From a bacterium (GTDB taxonomy: Bacteria; Cyanobacteriota; Vampirovibrionia; Gastranaerophilales; JBAXKC01): 64,000 nt of DNA. Of this stretch, positions 42,771-53,132 are shown piece by piece; the first letter of the stretch is position 1, and each line of letters begins with the position of its first letter. The position numbers and the translations under genes were made by a program. The DNA lies in NCBI GenBank assembly GCA_037137535.1, contig JBAXKC010000007.1, positions 27,037 to 91,036 of the forward strand. Direction: 5' to 3'. The notes under the pieces are model-generated. The model was not told the origin of the DNA. It saw nothing but the letters and a program-made list of their open reading frames with translations, and did no database searches.

Positions 42771-45700
42771 ATGAATAAAAATAACTTTTGGCTAAATAGA
42801 TTAAATAAGATCAGTAGCTGGTTCTATATTTTTATAGTACCGATATTGCTGATCTTAATATATATGATAACCTTAAGTAATTATCATAGTTACCTTTTAT
42901 TTCATAGTTTTGCAGAATTTTTCAGCATTATAATTTCAATTACAATTTTTTTACTTGCATGGAACTCAAAAAAGTTTGTTGAAAATGACTTTTTTCTTTT
43001 TATAGGTATTTCTTTTTTATTTGTTGGAATTATAGATTTTATACACCTATTATCATATAAAGGTATGGATGTTTTTGTTGGATTACCCTATGCTTCAGTT
43101 CAATTATGGATAGCTGCCAGGTATATGCAAAGTTTGTCAATACTAACTGCTTTTCTTTTTATATCTGATAAAAGGAAAGTTAATACAGTAATCTTATTAT
43201 TAACATATAGTTTTATTTCAATAATGATAATACTTTCAATTTTCTACTGGAAAAATTTCCCGGCATGTTTCATTGAAAATAGTGGACTTACTCCATTTAA
43301 GAAGATTAGTGAATATATTATTGCTTTTATATATTTAATTAATACACTTTTGTTGAATAAGTTTAAAAACAGTTTTAATTCAAAAATTTATAAATTATTG
43401 AATTATTCATTTATATTAGGAGGCATAACTGAGCTAACGTTTTCATCTTACTCTTCAGTTTTTGATAAATTTAATATTATAGGACATTATTTTAAAATAC
43501 TTTCATTTTATTTCTTTTATTTAGCAATTATAGAAAAAGGAATAAAAGATCCCCAACAAATTATTTTTAGAAAACTATCTCTAGATCATGAAAAACAAAA
43601 AGAAAAAGAAATTCTTTATAATCAAATAACTGAAACAATAAGAAGCACACTTGATATAAATAATTTAAAAACCATTATTGTTACAGAAATCGGTAAATTT
43701 TTTGATGCGGATAGATGTGCAATCATCCAATACGATAATATTAATAATAAATTTTCAGCTATTGATAATTTATCAGAATATATATCAGATGATAGTTTAG
43801 ATAGTCATATAACTTTTGATATTGAAGAAGGCGAACTCAGTATTTTTAAAAATTATTTTTTAAAAGAAAAACAAGAATTATTATTGCCAGATATAGATAA
43901 CCCTCCTTTTGAATTCAATCAACAAATAACAACAATACTTAAGAATTTAAAACTCAAATCAAATTATACTGTATTGATAACATACGGTGATGAGTTTCTT
44001 GGTGTTTTATATTTAAACTATGTGAAACATAAAAGAGTTTTTTCAGTTGATGAAATAAATTTTTTAAGAAACTTATCAAATCAGTCAGGTATAGCACTTT
44101 ATCAGGCCAGTCTTTACAGCAGAGAAAAAAATCTTTCTTTAATGTTAACTAAAAGTTTTAAAAAAGAAAAATTTTTAAGACAATTGATGTTGGCATCAAT
44201 GGACTCTAAAACAGCCGAAGAAAGTTTAACAACAATAGTAACCAAAACGTGTAAATTTTTTAAAGCGGACAGATGTTTCTATTTAGAATATGATTCAACT
44301 ACAGATGTTTTTTTAAGATCAGAACCCTATCAAGAGTATAATGATTCTCCTAATTTTAAAAAATTAAGTGATCGACCTTATACACAAGAAGAATCTGCTC
44401 CATTTGTCGAATTTGCAATAAGGCAAAGAAAAACCTTTTTAGTCAAAAATATTTATGAAACATTTTTGCCTGGGGCACAAATAAATGTAATGGAAGAATA
44501 TGGAATTAAATCCTTAATAAGTTGCCCTGTTTTTTATCATGATATTCCTTTGGGAATGCTTGCCGTACATGCGGTTAATGATTTTAGAGAATTTACTCAA
44601 GAAGAAGTTGATTTACTTGTTGCTGTTGCAAGTCAGGCAGCTATAAGCATTTATCAATCTAAATTAATAAAAAAAGAAAAACAAGCTGCCGAACAAGAAA
44701 TCGCATTAAGAAAAGCTATTGAAATAAGTAAAAATCAACAAGATGCTCTTCTTGACAGTATACCGTATTTAGCTTGGATAAAAGATGAAAAAGGTAAATA
44801 CCTAGCTGTAAATAAAGGATTTGCTGACTCTGCCTTTAAAAAGGCTGAAGAGATTATCGGAAAAACTGACTATGAGGTATGGCCTGAAGAATTTGCTAAA
44901 AATTACATTGCAGATGATATAAAAGTAATGCGAACAGGGAAAAATATTATTGTAGAAGAACAAGCTGAATATCACGGAAATATTCGCTGGACTGAAACTT
45001 GTAAAGCTCCTGTTTTTAACGAGGAAGGAACTGCAATTGGGACGGCAGGTATAGCTAGAGATATAACCTCGAGAAAACAAGAACTGATAGAGTTAACAGA
45101 AAGTCGAAATCGAATTATAGAAGCAAATAAAAGAGAACAAATTATAAAGAACATCACTACTTTAATTAGAAGTGAACTAGATATTAAAAAAATTAAAAAA
45201 TTTTTCATTTCTGAAATAAGCAAGTATTTAGATTCAGATTTTAATATTTTTTATGAGCAAGATATAGAAACTCAAAAATTTCTAACTATTGATGAAGACT
45301 CCTTTTATTTATCTTCATTAGAGATAAAATCACCTTTAGGGGTAAATATTTTTGAAGACTATGGGTGGAGTGAATTTTTTAGAAAAAACCCGATTGAAAT
45401 AATTTATTCAAATATAAATGACTTTAAAAAAGATTATAATCTTTATGGCGGATCTGGAGAAAAATTCATAGACGATTATAATATAAAATCATCTATTGTT
45501 ATTCCTGTTATCCATAGTGATCAATTACTAGGGGTTTTAGCAATAAACTATACAAAAAAACAAAAACATATAACTGAAGACGACCTGAATTTTGTTCGTG
45601 TGCTTGCAAATCAATCAGGAGTTGCCTTATATCAAGCAAGACTTTATACAAACGAAAAAAAATCAGCTGAAAGAGAAAAAGTATTAAGAAAAGTAATTGA

Positions 45701-47420
45701 AACAATTAGAAGTTCTCTTAATATTAAATATGTAAAACATGAAATTGTTTATCAAATAGGTAATTTGTTAAAAGCAGATAGAGTATTCTTTGCTGATTAT
45801 GATATTCAAACACAAAATTACTACGTGTTTGAAGAACAGGAATATAGATCGACAGAAAGTATAAAAAGTTTTATTGGATATAACTTCATTGCAACCCCAG
45901 ACTTTGGTGAATATATCAGAAATTATCATCTTGGTGGAAATGATATCATTTTTAATGATCTTGAAAAATATTTAGAGGATAAAAATCTTAGAGGAACTGG
46001 TGTTGAAAAATTTTATAAAGACTACGGTTTTATTTCTTCAGCCGCTATAAATATATATTATGAGGAAGAGTTCTTGGGTGATTTGGTTATTACTTTTGAG
46101 AATAAAAAAAATATTACTGAAGAAGATATAATATTTTTAAAAACTCTTGCTGCTCAAGCTGGTGTTGCTGTTAAGCAAGCAGAATTATATGAAGAAGTAA
46201 AATATAATGCGAAAAAAGAAAAACTATTAAGAGAAATTGTCAGTGAATTAAAACCTTTTAAAAACGTAGAAGATGCTTTCAACTATTTGTTGTCTAAAAT
46301 AGCAAATATTTATGATGTATCCCGTACTGTATTAATTGAAGTCCCACTTCACGATGATGAAAAAACCCAAGTAGGATATGAATTAATAAAAAAGAATGAT
46401 ATGCCTTCTTTAAAAGACACCTTTTTGCCTAATGAATTTTTAGAAATATTTGGAAATGTAAATAAAGATTTATCTTCTATTATAGTTTCTGACACAAACT
46501 CTTTTAATTCTAATAAAAAACTACAAACTTTTTTTAATCAGTTTTTAATAAGCTCCTTCATTGGAACTCCGTTAGTCAGATACAATCACCAGACCAGAGT
46601 GCTTGGAGTTTTGGTTATATTTGACGATAAACCTAAGAACTGGTCCAAAAAAGATATTGAGCTTTTGCAATCAATTAATGAATCAGTCGTTAATGTATTA
46701 TGGGAAATATTAAAAACCATTGAAGTTAATAAACTCCGAGATACTTTTATTAATACACTTGCTCATGATTTACAGGTTCCTATCGTTGGCGACATCAAAG
46801 CTCTTGAGTTTTTGAGTTCAAGAGCTGATAATAAGCCGATAGGCGAGTTGAAAAATATTATTAATGAAACCATTATCAATGATAAAAGAATATTAACAAT
46901 ATTAAAAAGACTTTTAATCAGTTATAATTATGAATCAGGGAAGAAAGAATTAAATCTCATGATGAGTGAATGGAAGTCAGTAATTAATAATGTTGTAGAG
47001 GGATTTAATGATTCTGCAATAAACAAATTGCTAAATATTAAAGTAGAGATTCCTGAAAATCTACCTAAAATCTATATAGATATGGATGAAATTTCTATAG
47101 TTTTATATATATTTATTGAAAATGCAATTATGTATACAGAAAAAGGTGGAAATATAATTATTAAAACCGAATTTAAAGGTAATTATCTGCAAACTTGTGT
47201 AATAGATAATGGTCCTGGAATTCCAGAGCATATAAAAGAATCTATTTTTAAAAGATATGAAATGGCTATTGAATTAGAAAGAAAAATTGGCGCAGGAATT
47301 AGTCTTTACCTTGCAAAGCAAATTGTCGATGCTCATGGAGGAAAGGTTTTATTTGATTCCAAATCAGGTGAAGGGGCAACTTTTTGTATGTTACTGCCTC
47401 TTAATATTCCTGAACTATAA
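42771..47420 (+). CDS. MASE3-GAF-GAF-PAS-GAF-GAF-GAF sensor histidine kinase
   Basis: YLLFHSFAEFFSI MASE3 motif, repeated IRS.LD..ADR GAFs, PAS (WIKDEKGKYLAVN..GIARDIT), LAHDLQVP, DNGPGI. Confidence 0.92.
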   Translation: MNKNNFWLNRLNKISSWFYIFIVPILLILIYMITLSNYHSYLLFHSFAEFFSIIISITIFLLAWNSKKFVENDFFLFIGISFLFVGIIDFIHLLSYKGMDVFVGLPYASVQLWIAARYMQSLSILTAFLFISDKRKVNTVILLLTYSFISIMIILSIFYWKNFPACFIENSGLTPFKKISEYIIAFIYLINTLLLNKFKNSFNSKIYKLLNYSFILGGITELTFSSYSSVFDKFNIIGHYFKILSFYFFYLAIIEKGIKDPQQIIFRKLSLDHEKQKEKEILYNQITETIRSTLDINNLKTIIVTEIGKFFDADRCAIIQYDNINNKFSAIDNLSEYISDDSLDSHITFDIEEGELSIFKNYFLKEKQELLLPDIDNPPFEFNQQITTILKNLKLKSNYTVLITYGDEFLGVLYLNYVKHKRVFSVDEINFLRNLSNQSGIALYQASLYSREKNLSLMLTKSFKKEKFLRQLMLASMDSKTAEESLTTIVTKTCKFFKADRCFYLEYDSTTDVFLRSEPYQEYNDSPNFKKLSDRPYTQEESAPFVEFAIRQRKTFLVKNIYETFLPGAQINVMEEYGIKSLISCPVFYHDIPLGMLAVHAVNDFREFTQEEVDLLVAVASQAAISIYQSKLIKKEKQAAEQEIALRKAIEISKNQQDALLDSIPYLAWIKDEKGKYLAVNKGFADSAFKKAEEIIGKTDYEVWPEEFAKNYIADDIKVMRTGKNIIVEEQAEYHGNIRWTETCKAPVFNEEGTAIGTAGIARDITSRKQELIELTESRNRIIEANKREQIIKNITTLIRSELDIKKIKKFFISEISKYLDSDFNIFYEQDIETQKFLTIDEDSFYLSSLEIKSPLGVNIFEDYGWSEFFRKNPIEIIYSNINDFKKDYNLYGGSGEKFIDDYNIKSSIVIPVIHSDQLLGVLAINYTKKQKHITEDDLNFVRVLANQSGVALYQARLYTNEKKSAEREKVLRKVIETIRSSLNIKYVKHEIVYQIGNLLKADRVFFADYDIQTQNYYVFEEQEYRSTESIKSFIGYNFIATPDFGEYIRNYHLGGNDIIFNDLEKYLEDKNLRGTGVEKFYKDYGFISSAAINIYYEEEFLGDLVITFENKKNITEEDIIFLKTLAAQAGVAVKQAELYEEVKYNAKKEKLLREIVSELKPFKNVEDAFNYLLSKIANIYDVSRTVLIEVPLHDDEKTQVGYELIKKNDMPSLKDTFLPNEFLEIFGNVNKDLSSIIVSDTNSFNSNKKLQTFFNQFLISSFIGTPLVRYNHQTRVLGVLVIFDDKPKNWSKKDIELLQSINESVVNVLWEILKTIEVNKLRDTFINTLAHDLQVPIVGDIKALEFLSSRADNKPIGELKNIINETIINDKRILTILKRLLISYNYESGKKELNLMMSEWKSVINNVVEGFNDSAINKLLNIKVEIPENLPKIYIDMDEISIVLYIFIENAIMYTEKGGNIIIKTEFKGNYLQTCVIDNGPGIPEHIKESIFKRYEMAIELERKIGAGISLYLAKQIVDAHGGKVLFDSKSGEGATFCMLLPLNIPEL

Positions 47421-47528
47421 TTTTAAACAATAATTATTTCTAATTCTGATTACATTAAAAATTAATAGTTGACAAGTATAATAAAAAAACATAAGTTAAT
47501 TTTATATTAATTAAGGATTTATTATTTA

Positions 47529-48470
47529 ATGACTGATAGAATTGCCCTTCATAAGCTGAATTTCCTTGTAAAAGAATTTGCAAAGACTTTTGTTGATTAT
47601 ATGGATGATTATGAAAAATTTTCTAAAAACTATGCTCTTTTATTAAAAAATTTGACAAAAGAACAACAGGAATTTTTAGTTTATCTTTTTAAGCGAATGA
47701 TTTTTACTAATTATTCAATTTTTTATAGAGATGAGCTTTTTACTGCTGATGAGCAAAATGAGCGAATGACAATACAAGAGCCTTTATTGCCCGCAATACA
47801 AGAAGGGGCTTATTTTAGGCATAAAGATTATCTTTTACCCATTAATCGTTTTGAAGTCTCGGTTTTTCATTATCATCTGGGAATAGATTTTCTTGAGAAT
47901 AAAGATAGCATTGAAGGAACTGATATTATTGATGCGGGTGCATATATTGGTGATTCTGCAATGGTATTAAGTAGGACATTAAGCCCAAGAAAGATTTATT
48001 CATTTGAACCTGTTTCAGTTATATTTAATCAATTAATTGATACGATAAAAGTGAATAAATTAAATGAAGTCGTACAGCCTGTAAAACTAGGTCTTAGCTC
48101 AGAAGAAAAAGAGCAGGAAATAACCATAGACGGTTCTGGCAGTACAATGAAACTTTCAGAAAGAAGCCTTAAGATTCCAAAAGAAAAAATCTTAAATACA
48201 ACGATTGATGCTTTTGTTGAAAAACATAATTTAAAGGTCAGTTTAATTAAAATGGATACTGAAGGAACAGAGCTTGATATTTTAAGGGGAGCTGAAAAAA
48301 CAATTAGAGAGCAAAAGCCTGTTTTACTTGTTAGCATTTATCATAACGCTGAAGAATTTTTTGAGGCAAAACCATTAATTGAAAGCTGGAATCTTGGATA
48401 TAAATTTAAAATAAAAAAGTTAAATCCTTTTAATTTTATTTTTGAAACTATCTTAATTTGTGAAGCATAA
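47529..48470 (+). CDS. FkbM family methyltransferase
   Basis: IIDAGAYIGDS, YSFEP, IKMDTEGTE..GA. Confidence 0.92.
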   Translation: MTDRIALHKLNFLVKEFAKTFVDYMDDYEKFSKNYALLLKNLTKEQQEFLVYLFKRMIFTNYSIFYRDELFTADEQNERMTIQEPLLPAIQEGAYFRHKDYLLPINRFEVSVFHYHLGIDFLENKDSIEGTDIIDAGAYIGDSAMVLSRTLSPRKIYSFEPVSVIFNQLIDTIKVNKLNEVVQPVKLGLSSEEKEQEITIDGSGSTMKLSERSLKIPKEKILNTTIDAFVEKHNLKVSLIKMDTEGTELDILRGAEKTIREQKPVLLVSIYHNAEEFFEAKPLIESWNLGYKFKIKKLNPFNFIFETILICEA

Positions 48471-48487
48471 ATAGTTCAGATTAAACT

Positions 48488-49240
48488 TTATTGCTCAACA
48501 GTTAATTGTTTTTCTGCTCTATTTTCTGAAATTATGGTGTAAATAACAAATATTATTAATAAGGTCGCTAAAATTATTGATGAACCAATAGTTCCAAAGT
48601 TAAGCCCTCCTTTTGCAATAGGTTTTGTGAGCAAATCGCCAAAAGTTGCTCCAAATGGGCGAGTTAACACAAATGCTATCCAAAATAATAAGATTGAATT
48701 AATTTTAGTGAAATATTTAGCAACGACAACCAATCCAATTAAACTTCCAATTAAAACTGCTCCGCCTAAAAAGCCTAACCCCGAACTATCCGCTAAAAAA
48801 TCACCTAATGCTGTACCTAGTGTATTTGAGAATAATATGGCAATCCAATAAAAAAGTTCTGATTTTATTGTTTGAATATTACTAACTGATAAAGTTTTTT
48901 CACTAAAACGCCATATCGCTAAGACAGTAACTAATCCTGCTGCTAATATAATTGAACCCTTTGCATAACCAAGGGAAAGAGTTCTATCCATAAAATCTGA
49001 CATTGTAGTACCTGCTGTACTTGTTGTAAGAATTACCGTCCAATAAAGCAGAGGATGAAACTTGCGTGATTTTAGCTGAATAATAAGAGAAATAAGAAAG
49101 ATACTGATAAGAATGGCTGAACTGATTGCATACCCGACATTCATTGTCATAGAAAGCAGATCACCGCCTGTTTCTCCAAGAGTGGTTGCACAAATTTTCA
49201 TAATCCAAAAAACAAAAGTGATTTTTGCGACTTTATTCAT
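48488..49240 (-). CDS. COG4705 / DUF347-repeat membrane protein
   Basis: FWIMKICATTLGETGGD, SNTLGTALGD, FWIAFVLTRPFGATFGD. Confidence 0.9.
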   Translation of the reverse strand: MNKVAKITFVFWIMKICATTLGETGGDLLSMTMNVGYAISSAILISIFLISLIIQLKSRKFHPLLYWTVILTTSTAGTTMSDFMDRTLSLGYAKGSIILAAGLVTVLAIWRFSEKTLSVSNIQTIKSELFYWIAILFSNTLGTALGDFLADSSGLGFLGGAVLIGSLIGLVVVAKYFTKINSILLFWIAFVLTRPFGATFGDLLTKPIAKGGLNFGTIGSSIILATLLIIFVIYTIISENRAEKQLTVEQ

Positions 49241-49981
49241 AAATTTATTTTACCTTTTTAATACTTCGCAAGTTTCTTTTAATAATATCTTACTCCATTG
49301 AGGAGGTTTCGTACATAAGAAAAAGTTAGTTCCTTATTTATTTCAGACAACCAAAATAAGCATCTTTATACTTAAAGATACTTTTTCAATTCATAACAAA
49401 TAACGCCTTTTTCAAAAAAGGACTAAAACTTTAAACAACTCTCCCGCAATTGTCTGAAATTGCAGGAACTTCTATACATTAAATCAATACGTTAATAGTC
49501 TTACCATTCCATCACTGACTGATGCGCCTAAGTGCAACAGTTTCACACATAAAAATATTCTTTTTTAGTAATAGTCTAACCAGTTCTTTTTTTTTAAGCA
49601 GGACTCGATTCATGGATACATGCGTATAAAGCCCTTTTGAAGCCATCACTCCTTTCAATCATGACTAATTATATATGTTTATGTCATGAAAACAATGAAC
49701 AAATAAAGGAGTTTTTTAAATTTTTACCATTCAGAAAATGGATAGGTTTTGGATATAACATATATAAGTTCAGTATATGCATTTGTTGACCACGCGAAAA
49801 CGATGTAACGATGGCTTTTTTGGAAAAACAGAACAGTAAAATAATTACTAATAGTTAATTTTAAAAGAGTTAATTTGATTATTCTGTCAAAATTACTTTT
49901 TAAACCATTTAGTTTTATAAAAAAATAAGCTATACTAGACATAAAAGAGTTGGATTTAAAAGTCTGGAATATTGTTAGGGG

Positions 49982-51088
49982 TTGAAAAAATATATGCTTA
50001 ATGAAATCAAAGAACAGCCTCAAGTTTTAAAAGAACTTATTGAAAAATTTGTTAAAACAGACTTTATTGATTTGAAATTCCCCGAACTGGATAAAAAAAT
50101 CGCAAGTTTAAGAAATATCTATATTGTCGCAAGCGGTTCTTCAAGAAATGTGGGAATTATTGCGGCTTATGCTTTTGAGAAGTATTCAAGAATTCCTGCA
50201 AAAGTAGAATTTGCAAGTGAATTTGCACATAGAGAACTTAATTTAACAGAAAGCGATTTAGTTTTGGCTATTTCTCAATCAGGAGAAACTGCGGATACTC
50301 TTGCGGCACTTAAAAAAGCAAAAGAAAATGGTGCGATTACCTTTGCCCTTACAAATAATCCGAACTCTAAAATTCATAAACTTGCCGACTGTGCAATGAT
50401 CGTTGGAGCAGGCGAAGAAAAAAGCATTGCGGCCACTAAATCATTAACAGCTCAACTTATAAATATTTATTTTTTATCGTTGTACTTTGGCCTGACTAAA
50501 AAAGCTATTGATATAGACTTATGGAAAAGTTTAACATCTGAGCTTAAAAAACTTCCCGTTAATCTTCAAAAAATCATTGAAAATATTGATGAAATTGAGC
50601 AGGTTACCGAAAAAATAAAAAACTCAAAAAATCTTGTTATTCTTGGTCGAGGTATTAATTACGGTTCTGCTTGTGAAGCGGCTTTAAAAATTAAAGAAAC
50701 TTGTTATATTGACGCAAACGGATTTCCTACAGGTGAATTTCTTCATGGATATGTGGCTGTAGTTGATGAAGCGATTCCCGTTATTTCAATAATTCATAAA
50801 GGGAAAAGAAGTGTTTCAAAATTCAAACTTGCAGTAGGGAATACTGAAAGTATTAAAATTAAAAGAAATCCCCCGATGATTATTTTTACAAATGTCAGCA
50901 AAAGCGAATTTGAAAAAAATGAAACATTGAAGGATTCTTTAATAATTTGTATTCCTGATTGCCATGAAGAGTTCTCAGCTTTTTATTATATAGTCTTATT
51001 TCAGCTTATAGCTTATAAAACAGCTCTTTTATTAGGAAGAGAGATAGAAAAACCTAGAGGTTTGACGAAGGCTGTAACTGTTGAGTAG
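49982..51088 (+). CDS. Double-SIS sugar isomerase domain protein (GlmS C-terminal half only)
   Basis: [43 protein letters not shown]; no N-terminal CGI glutaminase domain. Confidence 0.88.
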   Translation: MKKYMLNEIKEQPQVLKELIEKFVKTDFIDLKFPELDKKIASLRNIYIVASGSSRNVGIIAAYAFEKYSRIPAKVEFASEFAHRELNLTESDLVLAISQSGETADTLAALKKAKENGAITFALTNNPNSKIHKLADCAMIVGAGEEKSIAATKSLTAQLINIYFLSLYFGLTKKAIDIDLWKSLTSELKKLPVNLQKIIENIDEIEQVTEKIKNSKNLVILGRGINYGSACEAALKIKETCYIDANGFPTGEFLHGYVAVVDEAIPVISIIHKGKRSVSKFKLAVGNTESIKIKRNPPMIIFTNVSKSEFEKNETLKDSLIICIPDCHEEFSAFYYIVLFQLIAYKTALLLGREIEKPRGLTKAVTVE

Positions 51089-52760
51089 AGCTTAATGTTT
51101 CATCAAGTTTCTCATAAAATTTACTGAAACCTTTTCTTTCTTTTGCAGATATAAGTATAGGATTCGGACATTTTTCTATGATTTCATTTAACGACTCTTT
51201 ATTTTCTACAAGGTCTATTTTATTTATCAAGGTAATAAAAGGCTTTTGTACCGCTTCAAGGTCTCCTAATATCTTATAAACTGTATCTATATGATCAAGG
51301 CAAGCAGGATGAGAACCGTCAACAACATGGATTACAACATCTGCTGTGAGTGTTTCCTCAAGTGTTGCCCTAAAGGCAGCAATTAAATCAGTAGGAAGAT
51401 TTTGAATAAAACCAACCGTATCAGTTAATAAGACGTTTAAGTCTTCTTTCAACCTTACTTTACGGGTAGTAGGATCAAGTGTCGCAAAAAGTTTATCTTC
51501 GGCTAAAATGTCTGAATTTGTTAATGCATTAAGCAACGTAGACTTACCTACATTTGTATAGCCCACTATAGCTGCGGTAGGCAGAAGGTTATTTTCTCTT
51601 TGCCTACGTTGATATGCTCTTTGCTCTTTTATTTTCTCTACTTCTTTTTCAAGCATATTAATTCGGTCTCTGATACGTCTTCTATCAATTTCCAGTTTTG
51701 TTTCCCCTGGTCCTCTTGTGGCAATTCCACCTGAAGAGCCAGCTCCGCCTTGTCTGCTAAGAGAAAGTCCCGCTCCGATAAGTTTTGGGAACAAATATTT
51801 AAGTTGTGCCAGCTCTACTTGAAGCTTTCCTTCTTTTGATCTTGCTCTTTGCGCAAATATATCAAGAATAAGCTCTGTTCTATCAATTACTTTTATTCCG
51901 ATAATTTCTTCAAGTGTTTTTTGTTGTCTTGGCATTAACTCTGCATCAATAATTATAAGGTTTGCCCCTGATTCTCTAGCGGTGACAGCTGCTTCATAGG
52001 CTTTTCCGCTTCCTATATAAGAGGAAGAATCAGGCATTGATCTTTTTTGAACAATATTGCCAACCACTTCAGCCCCTGCGGTATATGCAAGCTCTTTAAG
52101 TTCTGCAACCGAATCTATAACTTCAAAGTCTGATTTATCTTTTGTATAAAGCGAGATCAGCATAGCTTTTTCTTTATCATCAACTTCTAAAACCGAGAAT
52201 TTTTGAGCTAAATCGGACTCAATATCAAATATTTTATCTTCAAAGTCAATATCTTCAACTTCATGAAGCGTCAATTTTTCGCTGATTTCCCATTTATTTA
52301 CATGGTCGGAAGTTAAAAATGCCATTTGGACGGAATCGGCATATTTAGCAGTTATTCCTTTTGAACGGCTAAAAGCAGCTCCTTTAGATACACCGATTGC
52401 AACCATTACATCAAGTCTGTTTTTTTCTAATGTGGTTAAATCCGCCTTGCTAAGCTCAGGATTTCCATTTGGGTGAGTATGAATACAACGTAAACCGCAA
52501 AGTCTTGATTTTGATTCTCTTACGTTTTTAAATTCTGGTAATATTATTTTTTCAGCATCGCCAACGGCAATATCAATAATTTGCCCTTTTCTATTTATTA
52601 TAAGAGCAACTTCTTTATTTATTTCATAGGAAATTTCTGCTAAAGTTTCTGCTAATTCTACTGTAATAATACAGTTTTTAGCCATTTTTTTTCTAAAAAG
52701 CTTTTCCAGTCTTACTATATGACTTTTTTTTAATGTATGCAGTTTGCCTTGAACTTTAAT
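51054..52760 (-). CDS. hflX: Ribosome-splitting GTPase HflX, long N-terminal form; probable ATT start
   Basis: [33 protein letters not shown]; open frame extends 25 codons upstream of ATG 52685 to an ATT with GGGAG RBS. Confidence 0.93.
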   Translation of the reverse strand: MKVQGKLHTLKKSHIVRLEKLFRKKMAKNCIITVELAETLAEISYEINKEVALIINRKGQIIDIAVGDAEKIILPEFKNVRESKSRLCGLRCIHTHPNGNPELSKADLTTLEKNRLDVMVAIGVSKGAAFSRSKGITAKYADSVQMAFLTSDHVNKWEISEKLTLHEVEDIDFEDKIFDIESDLAQKFSVLEVDDKEKAMLISLYTKDKSDFEVIDSVAELKELAYTAGAEVVGNIVQKRSMPDSSSYIGSGKAYEAAVTARESGANLIIIDAELMPRQQKTLEEIIGIKVIDRTELILDIFAQRARSKEGKLQVELAQLKYLFPKLIGAGLSLSRQGGAGSSGGIATRGPGETKLEIDRRRIRDRINMLEKEVEKIKEQRAYQRRQRENNLLPTAAIVGYTNVGKSTLLNALTNSDILAEDKLFATLDPTTRKVRLKEDLNVLLTDTVGFIQNLPTDLIAAFRATLEETLTADVVIHVVDGSHPACLDHIDTVYKILGDLEAVQKPFITLINKIDLVENKESLNEIIEKCPNPILISAKERKGFSKFYEKLDETLSSTQQLQPSSNL

Positions 52761-52850
52761 GGTTCACACTCCCAAAACAACTTGAATTGTTGTATATATT
52801 ATACTTACAAGTGTATTTTAGCATTAAATAAGATTATTTTTTATAAAATA

Positions 52851-53000
52851 TTAACTTACTGCTCCTGTGAGTTCAGCGGTTTTAGTTTGTGATAATTCTA
52901 TATTTTGCAATTTATCTGATGAACAAATATTGTTTGATAAATTAAAAATTAAGATTGCCAATAAAATAAAACAGATAACTCTACCACATATAAAATGCAT
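52851..53000 (-). CDS. Possible 49-aa exported peptide or gene remnant
   Basis: MHFICGRVICFILLAILIFNLSNNICSSDKLQNIELSQTKTAELTGAVS; signal-peptide-like N-terminus. Confidence 0.4.
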   Translation of the reverse strand: MHFICGRVICFILLAILIFNLSNNICSSDKLQNIELSQTKTAELTGAVS

Positions 53001-53132
53001 ATCTAAACCCCACACAGCCTACAAATTGTATACTAATATATTAGCTTATAAAGATATTATTTCCATTTTCTAGTATTATTTTGTTAAGACTTTTTAATTA
53101 AAATAAAAGTAAGGGATTAAAAAAGAATTGCA

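Noticed and set aside
49724-49981. glmS ribozyme upstream of the SIS gene, and the 99-aa minus ORF at 49724-50023
   Set aside because: No AGCGCC/GACGAGG core seen; ORF has no recognisable features and overlaps the SIS start
52867-53073. 68-aa plus-strand ORF
   Set aside because: No RBS or motif; opposite-strand ORF looks more protein-like
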